A stretch of 64,000 bases of DNA. Source: an uncultured Verrucomicrobiae bacterium. GTDB lineage: Bacteria; Verrucomicrobiota; Verrucomicrobiia; Limisphaerales; JAFGQR01. The translations under genes were made by a program, and so were the position numbers. The notes below the pieces were generated by a model. It searched no databases. It saw nothing but the letters and a program-made list of their open reading frames with translations, and was not told the DNA's origin. Positions 54,863 through 64,000 of the stretch are shown piece after piece. Location: the NCBI GenBank assembly GCA_963788655.1, contig CAWBHS010000038.1, positions 128,001-192,000 of the forward strand. The letters run 5' to 3'. Position 1 is the stretch's first letter; each line of letters begins with the position of its first letter.

Positions 54863-56833
54863 CTATGGAGTCGAGACTCGCAGGCGGACGAACCGCGCCG
54901 TAGCATCTTGAATCGGCGTGTTATCACGCAGGACAAGCTGGGTGGGCGTTTCGGTGAGCGTCACGAACTCCGCCGGGCCGGAGATCCACGTGAGCAGGCC
55001 GGAGGAAACCTCCACCGTGTAATTGAGTTGCGCTGCTTCGGCGGCGCGGGTGACTGTCACCACGAGATACTTCTGGCCACTGTCTTCGACGATGCTTACG
55101 GACAACCGGGGTTTCGTATATGCAATCCGCCAAATCGTGCCGTTGGCGTCCTCCGTCATCAGCAAGGCGCCATCGTGTGCGACGGCGACCCCGACGGGGC
55201 GTCCCCAAACATTGCGATCAGTCGCTACAAAGCCAGTCAGGAAATCATCATATCGACCGGTCGGCGCGCCATTATTCAAAGGGATTCGGACCACCTTGTA
55301 TCCGGTGCGGGTCGCACGGTTCCATGATCCATGGAACGCTACAAACGCGTCGCCCTGATACTCCGGAGGAAACGCTGCCGGACCATTGTTGGCCGGGTAG
55401 AACGTCATCTGCAAAGATGCCGAATGCGCCTGTTCCAACACGTCGGGAACGATTGCCTCGCCGGCCAGATCCGGCCGTTCGCCAGCATGACGGGGGTCTT
55501 CGAAACTGCCCATGTAATACCACGGCCAACCATAAAAGCCGCCTTCGGTGACGCGAGTGACAAAATCCGGCACCAGGTTATCGCCCAAACCATCCCGTTC
55601 GTTGGTGGACACCCAGAGGTCACCCGTCGTCGGATGAATGGCGAGTCCCACGGGGTTGCGAATCCCTGTGGCATAAGGGTGCGGCGGTTCGAGCCCTTCT
55701 GGATCAGTTACCAGAATATTTGCGCGATGTGTTTCTGAACCCCACGCGGCCCCCAGCCCATTCGTTGCTTCCCATGCCGTAATTTCAGCAGGCGTCTTTT
55801 GTCCCATCGATTCTCCAACATTCGATGCTGACCCGACGGCAATAAACATCCGCGTGCCATCTTGGGAGAACATGACGTCCCGCGTTGTATGCCCACCCGT
55901 TGTAGCGCTCAATGTCGGAACAACAACCTCGACAGCTCCGGTCGCTATCAGGTCTCCATTGGTATATGGAATTCGCACCACGGAGTTATTCAGCGCGATG
56001 TAGAGCCAGTGCGGGTCGTCACCTGCGGGATAGAATGCTGTGCCGAAGGGCCGGTTCAATCCCTGGGCAAAAATTCGGTTGGTCGATGGTGTGTCAGCTC
56101 CATCATTTGCGCGGAAGACACGAATACGGTTTTGCGATGTTTCTGAAACAAAAATATCCCCATTGGGCGCGACGCGGACGATTCGGGGATTACTCAGGCC
56201 CGACGCAAACTGCTTTACGGTGAACCCGGCAGGCACAGACAAGCTGGCATTCGCGGGCCGCGGCACGACGGTGGGGAAATTCCCTGCGGATGGAGTTGCG
56301 TATGGCGCCGGTAAGTCGGCTACGGTGATGTAATGTTGATTACCCGGCGCTGCTTCCTGCCAGTCATCCGGATTGAGACCTGTGACCGTGGGTAGTTTGT
56401 CCAGGTCAATGCCGTCTGGCACTATCAGGGTTGCCAAATAAGCAATCACATCCGCTCGGTCGCTCGCGTCGGGAACCGTCACTGACATCGTTGTGCCGGG
56501 AACGGCCGTGGCAGGATCGGTCAAATATTGATCGAGGGTTTCCGCGTTCCACACCAATCCTGAATCCTTGAGGGCTTGGGTAAAACCAAAATGCGGACTG
56601 GTGCCTGCCCTCCGCCCCGTCACTCCGACGAGCGTGGGTCCCTGCTTGATCACCACCGTATTGCCCGGACCGAGACTGTCGCTATGACAAAGTGCGCAAC
56701 TCGTCTGGAAAAACGCATTCCCGCGTTCCGCGTTGCCGGCGGGGTTGGTTTGGGCCGTCACCATTGTCGCTCCAGCGACGCACGAAATGCTGGCAATTGA
56801 CACCCACTTTGATGGTAGAAGACGTTTGTTCAT
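54863..56833 (-). CDS. Secreted cytochrome c + L-sorbosone/PQQ-type sugar dehydrogenase fusion
   Basis: CALCH..GPTL.G..GR.AG..PGT.M class I cytochrome; GH.TR, GSASNV, TGIRNPVG, NERD.LGD, FHGSWNR, GRPVG. Confidence 0.9.
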   Translation of the reverse strand: MNKRLLPSKWVSIASISCVAGATMVTAQTNPAGNAERGNAFFQTSCALCHSDSLGPGNTVVIKQGPTLVGVTGRRAGTSPHFGFTQALKDSGLVWNAETLDQYLTDPATAVPGTTMSVTVPDASDRADVIAYLATLIVPDGIDLDKLPTVTGLNPDDWQEAAPGNQHYITVADLPAPYATPSAGNFPTVVPRPANASLSVPAGFTVKQFASGLSNPRIVRVAPNGDIFVSETSQNRIRVFRANDGADTPSTNRIFAQGLNRPFGTAFYPAGDDPHWLYIALNNSVVRIPYTNGDLIATGAVEVVVPTLSATTGGHTTRDVMFSQDGTRMFIAVGSASNVGESMGQKTPAEITAWEATNGLGAAWGSETHRANILVTDPEGLEPPHPYATGIRNPVGLAIHPTTGDLWVSTNERDGLGDNLVPDFVTRVTEGGFYGWPWYYMGSFEDPRHAGERPDLAGEAIVPDVLEQAHSASLQMTFYPANNGPAAFPPEYQGDAFVAFHGSWNRATRTGYKVVRIPLNNGAPTGRYDDFLTGFVATDRNVWGRPVGVAVAHDGALLMTEDANGTIWRIAYTKPRLSVSIVEDSGQKYLVVTVTRAAEAAQLNYTVEVSSGLLTWISGPAEFVTLTETPTQLVLRDNTPIQDATARFVRLRVSTP

Positions 56834-56913
56834 AGAATTTGGTTCCTTGGCGGTAAGATATTTTCAGAATTGATGCAAGCAGACGTTTTACTCTTGAGTG
56901 GTTTTATTTTCGT

Positions 56914-57216
56914 TCACAATTCCTGCCGCGTGGGCCGGAACAGGATTTCGTTCACGTCCACGTCTTCCGGCTGGCTCATCGCGAAGGCGACCGCACGCGC
57001 AAATGATTCGGCGGGAATCGCGGTTTGCTCGTAGAAGGAGGCAAGCGCCTGGCCGCCTTTTGACTCCATTTCGGCAGCCAATGAATGAATACCTTCAACC
57101 CGCCGCGCACCCAGCACCACGGTTGCTCCTTGTGCGGAAAGATGCCGGGCCGTCGCCTCGCCCAATCCGCTGCTCGCACCAGTGATGACGACCACTTTTC
57201 CTTTGATGCTTTCCAT
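56914..57216 (-). pseudogene. SDR oxidoreductase with a large in-frame internal deletion
   Basis: TGASSGLG N-terminus fused directly to the [16 protein letters not shown]-terminus; no YxxxK; 100 aa. Confidence 0.8.
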
Positions 57217-57341
57217 GTTTGAATCCTTTCTTTCAGTTGAATGTTAAAACGACTTTACCTCACGTGGACAAAACTGTCGCATGCGGTCTTGCCAGACCTG
57301 TTGTGAAATTGCTCGAAAGTGCGGGCACGGATTCATTGGCC

Positions 57342-57839
57342 TTACGATGCCTTGTGGACTCCCAAGCTGCTGCGGACTTCGAACCCGGGCGTCATCGCCA
57401 GTTTGACCACGAGCTCAGCCACGCTCTTACGCGAAACTTGTGCGGAGGCGTTTTTGAAATGCTCGCCCTTGTGCGTCGTGCCGTAATCAATCTCGTCGAG
57501 GTTATTCAGCCATGCGGGCCGCAGGATGGTGTAATCAAGTTCGGATGCTTCAATGATGCCGGTCTTTTGCATGGTGTTCACGATGCACCGTGCTTGTTGC
57601 TCCAAATCACCGGCGAGGTTTGCATAGACAACATCCTGGCCCGCCATAGTTGCCTCCAGCGTCTGGGTGTCCAAGACATCGCCTTCCACCACGCGCACCC
57701 GGTCGGCGTGGCCTGATATTTTGAGCCGACGGGCATTGCGCAAGTATAGCGTCAGTCGCGCATTGGTCTGTTCCAAAAACAGTTCGGCGGCCACACGGGC
57801 AATCTGGCCATTCGCGCCGAGAATCAGGATGTTGGGCAT
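57342..57839 (-). pseudogene. NAD(P)H-binding protein, apparently internally deleted
   Basis: ILILGANGQIA; MQKTG joined directly to IIEASELDYTILRP. Confidence 0.65.
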
Positions 57840-57850
57840 GAGCGAAGGGT

Positions 57851-59432
<1,582 letters not shown>

Positions 59433-59722
59433 AAATATGATTTGAACTGGAGGCAACAGAGGCAACAGAGAAACAAAAACCTCTGTTCACTCCGTTTTCT
59501 CCTGTTCAATTCAGTTCACCGTTGCCGCCGGTAATCGCTTGGGGAAAGGCCCTGTTTCTTTTCGGAACAGTTACGCAAAATGGCTGGGATTGGCGTAGCC
59601 TACGTCGAGGGCGATTTCCACCACGCTCTTCTTTGTTTCGCGGAGCAGGCGTTTCGCTTCATCCATGCATCGGAGACCGAGCGCCGAGACTTCCAGATTA
59701 CTGTTACCTAATTTTCTCTTGT

Positions 59723-60366
59723 TCATTTTGGTCTTTGAGTTCGCCAATCAGCGTTGCGCCTCGACCGGGGTGGCAGCATGTCGAGTCCGCCATTCGTTGG
59801 GTGAAGTTCCTTCCCAGCCTTGAAACGCACCCGGCAGCCGAAATGGCTCTCCAACAACTCGCGATGCTGAACAGGACGCGTCAGTTCCAACCGCAGTGGT
59901 TTGATTTGGCCGTCAGTGCCCCGGCGACCCACGCCCAGAATCCAGGACATCACCATATCAACCAGCACTGCGGGCTGAGCTTCCGTGGCTTCGACATAAA
60001 AGAACTCCACCGCGGCTTCCTGCGCTTGGCGGTGGACGCGAATTTCTTCCGGCAGGTCAGTCGTTTGTAGCGACCGAGTCGCTCCAGAGAATCTCCAAAG
60101 GTCCGGCTGCATACGACGGCAATGGCCGCCGGGTGGAACCGCTCCAGTCGTTGTTCTGCGCCCAGCTTCAAGGCGATGCCCGGATCGGAATTCATTTCGC
60201 CAACGCTCCGCCAAAGCGCGAAGGCTTCAGCCGTCGTGACGTAAACCTTCTCCAGTTGGAAAAGGCCCGGCGGTAATCCTGCGCGTCGAAGTAGTGCCGG
60301 CAATGCAATCTTATGGTCTTCGAACCGCTGTGCCCAGGTGCGGGAGATTCGTAATCGATCACTCAT
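59723..60366 (-). pseudogene. AraC-family regulator remnant (ligand-binding domain only, frameshifted, HTH missing)
   Basis: LW.......SDPGIALKLG, RLGRYKRL.CPEE, ESHFGCRVRF, then truncation. Confidence 0.75.
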
Positions 60367-60619
60367 CGGTTAATGGGCTGAAATCCGAGGGATAGCTCTG
60401 TTGCCGGGCTTGCGCCATGGAATGCCCAACGAAACGGAGGCTGAGCTCGCGCTCCTTGGCATACACGTTTGGATTCCGATCGCGGTCATGGGTCCACAGT
60501 ATGCCGAACGCAGAATCTCGTCACTAGCAGAAGGCGCCAATTTACTTGCTGAACACGCCAAGCAGTCGGCCGCTCGAATCGGGTTGAACTTTGCCAACTC
60601 TCGTCAGGACTTGTTTCAT

Positions 60620-60790
60620 CTCCATGAGTACGTTCGATACCAATCTCGTTCTTCCACGTGAAGTATTTCGATTGGCGGTCGTAGCGAGTGCCGCGGCCAT
60701 CGTTATCGCGCATCCGAGCAGTGAGCCGACGGCTTCATACCCCGCGTCGCGCTGGCTGAGTGCCGAGCTCCGGAGCGTTACCCCGGCTGA
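60620..60790 (+). pseudogene. RadC/JAB domain remnant
   Basis: DTNLVLPREVFRLAVVASAAAIVIAHPSSEPT (degenerate HNHPSG). Confidence 0.6.
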
Positions 60791-60891
60791 GCTCCATTTT
60801 CCCTTGCCCACAAAGCATTGGCGGCGATGCCCTCATTCGTTAAATCACCGCAGACCGCGGCGGGAAAATCCCGTGGTTGCTGGGCACGCCT

Positions 60892-62088
60892 TCAGTTCGG
60901 ACTGATTGAGTGACTCTGGAAATGTGGACGCAGCACCCTCATCTGTGGCCGATCCTGCCCGTTCTTCGGTTCCAAGGTAAACATGTAATCACCCCACCAC
61001 GGGCCTGCCGCCCACCAAGTGAAGCCGGCCCATACGTCCCGGTTCTGTTCCATAAACCGGAGCATGTCGTCCGTTGCCTGCAGGGCCGTCTCGTTGTTGG
61101 CTGCTCCAAACTCGCCCAGGAATGCCCGGTGCCCATGCGTCCGACACCACGACGTGACTTCCTGTAAGCGCTCGCTGCCGATAGTCCTGCTTACCGCCTC
61201 GGGCTTGGTGCCCGAACTGTTCTTGTCCAGATACTGGTGAACCTCAATCAAGTAGTGATCCAGCGGGTCAACGACCTTGAGCATCACTTGGGCGTTCCGG
61301 CTTGAAATCCAACTATGTGCCCCGGTCCACGAGTTGCCGGGCACAAGGATCAGATTGGTCGCGCCCACATTGCGGATTGCGCCGATCACGGCGTTTGCTG
61401 CCGTCAACCATTGATTATTGGGCATATCGTGTGGTTCGTTCATCAGACCAAACCAGACCCGCGGATGGTTCTTAAACGGCGTCACCAACCTGGACCAGAA
61501 ATCGGCAAACGCTGCGTGAGGCACTTCCGGACTGCCGATGATTTTCCCCCCATAGCGGGCATAATCGTGCGGATCCAGGATGATCACCAATCCCCGCTCG
61601 TTTGCTGTGCTCACGACTTTCTTCACGCGCTCCAGCGCGGCGCTTTCGAGCGGCTGTCTTAAAACCGGCTGCAGGTCTGCCCAGCGGAACGGGAAGCGGA
61701 TAATGTTGACTCCGTTGCGGACGAAATAGTCCATGTCCGTGGCGGAGGGATAGATGTAATGCTTCCCGTAGGCTCGAGTTACGCTTGCTTTCGTCGGCCC
61801 AAACTCCCCACCGGCCAAGTTGACGCCGGTGAACTCTAATGGTGCAACGGATCGAGATGACGAACCCGTGCTGTTCTTGGTCGGCTCGACAGAGGCGCGG
61901 GAGAGTGTATCGGCCGCAATGGCTGGGCTCAAACTCGTCACCAGGAGGAGGATAAGCGCGAAAGCCCATTGAATAACACCAGGCCGTGGAAACGTGCCGA
62001 CGGGATGCAGCCAGCCACAGCGCCGCGTGTGCGCAAGCCGCCACCGTCCACAGAGATGCCTATGAGTTGTTGCCCGAGACTGAGCCAT
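60892..62088 (-). CDS. GH5 endoglucanase (start uncertain)
   Basis: GVNLAGGEFG, R.PF.W..LQP, LDPH.Y, FGLMNEPH, EVHQYLD, FLGEFG, WWAAGPWW. Confidence 0.9.
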   Translation of the reverse strand: MAQSRATTHRHLCGRWRLAHTRRCGWLHPVGTFPRPGVIQWAFALILLLVTSLSPAIAADTLSRASVEPTKNSTGSSSRSVAPLEFTGVNLAGGEFGPTKASVTRAYGKHYIYPSATDMDYFVRNGVNIIRFPFRWADLQPVLRQPLESAALERVKKVVSTANERGLVIILDPHDYARYGGKIIGSPEVPHAAFADFWSRLVTPFKNHPRVWFGLMNEPHDMPNNQWLTAANAVIGAIRNVGATNLILVPGNSWTGAHSWISSRNAQVMLKVVDPLDHYLIEVHQYLDKNSSGTKPEAVSRTIGSERLQEVTSWCRTHGHRAFLGEFGAANNETALQATDDMLRFMEQNRDVWAGFTWWAAGPWWGDYMFTLEPKNGQDRPQMRVLRPHFQSHSISPN

Positions 62089-62356
62089 GTGGCGTCTGAC
62101 GAGAGCAATAGCAAGGCTATTCAAGATTGCTCCCCGAGCGCTGAGGTTGTCGGCTCGATGGATCACTTCGCCTCCTGGCAGCAGCCTGCAGGCTTTCTTT
62201 GTAAGCAAGCCGGGCCGGGGCAGCACCGGCGGGAGGCTCCAGCGCCTGCGATGCAATGACACATCGCCAATTGCAAATGGCCGAAAAGAGGCAGGGAGGT
62301 AGGGCTTTCCTTGGACGATTTGCTCTTTGCCATTGGCCATTCGCGTAAAGCGCGCC

Positions 62357-62433
62357 GCTCGCATAGTCCAACCGGCAGAGACCCGACGTCGAGAGCGTCG
62401 CCAGTGCAGGTGCGAATCCTTCCGCGAGCACCA
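62357..62433 (+). tRNA. Non-canonical tRNA-Leu(GAG)-like gene
   Basis: GCTCGCA/CGCGAGC-A-CCA; CGACG-TCGAGAG-CGTCG; 5-nt variable loop; T-loop TGCGAAT. Confidence 0.75.
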
Positions 62434-62501
62434 GCCTGCGCTCGCCGAGCTTCCGCCTTCGCCTGCTTCGGCGGGACGAGTCGGCTTGGCGAACCGAATT
62501 C

Positions 62502-62575
62502 AGCCTGCAAGCATTAAAGTGATACAACGGACTTTTAATCCGTGGAACCGGGAGCGTTACCCTGGCGGGCCACCA
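62502..62575 (+). tRNA. Non-canonical tRNA-Lys(TTT)-like gene
   Basis: AGCCTGC/GCGGGCC-A-CCA; ACGGA-CTTTTAA-TCCGT; T-loop AGCGTTA; A1.C72 mismatch. Confidence 0.7.
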
Positions 62576-62578
62576 ATT

Positions 62579-62712
62579 TGCCAGGTCGTCTAACAGTCGG
62601 ACATCGCCCTTTGAAGGCGAGCGTGGTGGTGCGTCTGCAAGTCGCGACAGCGACGGTCCATTCTCGGGAAACTGGCTGCAGGGCCGGGAGGCCAATCCAT
62701 CCCCGGCAGCCA
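62579..62712 (+). tRNA. tRNA-Gln(TTG)-like gene with a 60-nt insertion in the T-loop
   Basis: TGCCAGG/CCCGGCA-G-CCA; D stem GTCT/GGAC; TCGCC-CTTTGAA-GGCGA; T stem GGTGG (62625-62629)/CCATC (62697-62701) encloses 67 nt. Confidence 0.75.
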
Positions 62713-62794
62713 GTTTAATTGCGGAGTGAGGAATGCGGATTGCAGAGCATCTGCTGAGATTCCGCACTCCGAGCTCCAAATTCCGCGTTCAAAT

Positions 62795-62868
62795 CGCTCG
62801 GTGGTGAAATAGAATCACGTCTGGCCTACACCCAGAAATCGAGGGGGCAGAACCTTCCCGGGCGACCA
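62795..62868 (+). tRNA. Non-canonical tRNA-Val(TAC)-like gene
   Basis: CGCTCGG/CCGGGCG-A-CCA; GTGA/TCAC; TCTGG-CCTACAC-CCAGA; GAGGG-GGCAGAA-CCTTC. Confidence 0.75.
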
Positions 62869-63291
62869 TGGCTTCGCCTCTCGGCTATAGCCCAGCAGGC
62901 CATTTGCCTCGTGGTGCTATTAGTCAGATCGGCCTGCTTCGGCAGGCTGATGCGGACGGCCAGATAGATTCAAAATTCGAATGTAATCCCTGAATTGGAC
63001 AACAAGTTCCCTCTGCGGGCCGGAGGCTGGTTTCAGCCAACTTGGAGCGGTTTGGTTCCCGCTTCTCCCCCATGTGGCGCCGCAAAAGGGCGCGTTTCGT
63101 GCCAAAAGCTTGCGGCACGCGGACGGTATGATCGGCCAACCCGTCCTGTAGCGGGTCTTCAGGTTGGCGTATTTTGAGATCAGCATGAGCAGCGCCGACC
63201 GATCGTTCGCCAACTACCCGAAACAAACCTGCCGCTGATATGCTGACCAGGCCGGTTTCTTTGGGCTGCTTTTGAGTGCATTTACCGTGAC

Positions 63292-64000
63292 ATGAACCGG
63301 CAAGCGTCAATCACGCGTCGCTCGCAAAGTGGGATTCGTGGCTGCCCTCGGGGCTGTGGGAGCCCTGGTGCTCCTGTTTGCGGCGCCCATTCGCATCGAC
63401 CGTCCCGCACCGTTCATGTCGCCAGCAGGTTACATTCGGAGCGTCTTTTTGGGCGCTTCGGCTGTTGTTCCTACCGGTCGTGGCGTCGCCCTCTTTCCGC
63501 TTTTCCGATAGAACGGAAGAAACTCCCTTCTGGGAGTGTCTCCATTTGTAGCCTGCCTCCTCATCGTCTTGCCAGAGGGCTGCCTTTCGCGGTCTGACCC
63601 GGATCACTCCTCCTCTGCAACGTTCGCAGACGCCCGGGCGATCGCCGGGGTTCGAGAAATGGTTAGGCTGGGGCCGCCGGGTGCGTTCACTTCATTTTCT
63701 TGCGCTTCGCGCCGCTCTGGACGTTCTGGTCTATTCGTCTTTAGTGGGCGTTGGCCAGGCAATCAGGAATTTTCGAAGTTCGCAGGAGCGGGAACGGCAG
63801 GCGGCCGAATTAGAGGCCAGGCTCACAAGCGCCAAACTGCAAGCGCTGCGGATGCAGATCACCCGCATTTTCTTTCAACACGCTCGACTCGATTGCCGCG
63901 TTGGTTTATGTCAACCCGCGAGCGGCCGACGAGATGCTGGGTGATTGAGCGAGTTGCTGCGCCGCTCTCTTCATTCGATGGCGGAACAGGAGTTTCCCCT
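63292..64000 (+). pseudogene. LytS/YehU-family sensor histidine kinase, multiply frameshifted, runs off window end
   Basis: LEARL..AKLQALRMQI, then (P)HF.FNTL.SI and P.AADEML..L.ELLRRSL across frames. Confidence 0.75.

Noticed and set aside
62629..62696. GTGCG...AT boundaries suggesting a group II intron in tRNA-Gln
   Set aside because: Excision at these ends would delete the whole T-loop and G53, and there is no domain V.

Overview
GC-rich bacterial DNA. Gene content and intergenic repeats fit a Verrucomicrobia/PVC-type organism (inference). Many genes, including essential ones (metG, secA, sdhA), carry single-base frameshifts, most likely long-read consensus errors. 1-5.3 kb: a minus-strand redox cluster (cupredoxin/Ig/PQQ-type dehydrogenase/4xCHRD fusion, octaheme cytochrome c, partial planctomycete-type cytochrome c). 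9-49 kb: mostly core genes (DUF3500, RNA m5U methyltransferase, DUF2723-TPR/GT4/WecA-like cluster, metG, prolyl oligopeptidase, sdhCAB, psd-pssA, LysE, TlpA, adenylate cyclase, M23 peptidase, aminotransferase, pyrH, tRNA-His, dusB, system II cytochrome c biogenesis genes, secA). 49-64 kb: an accessory region with carbohydrate-active enzymes, many deletion-truncated genes, a hairpin-flanked GxxExxY gene and a small array of non-canonical tRNA-like genes. The top candidate is a tRNA-Gln(UUG)-like gene with a structured 60-nt insert in its T-loop. All its array neighbours also have G55 instead of the T-psi-C motif, and U64.
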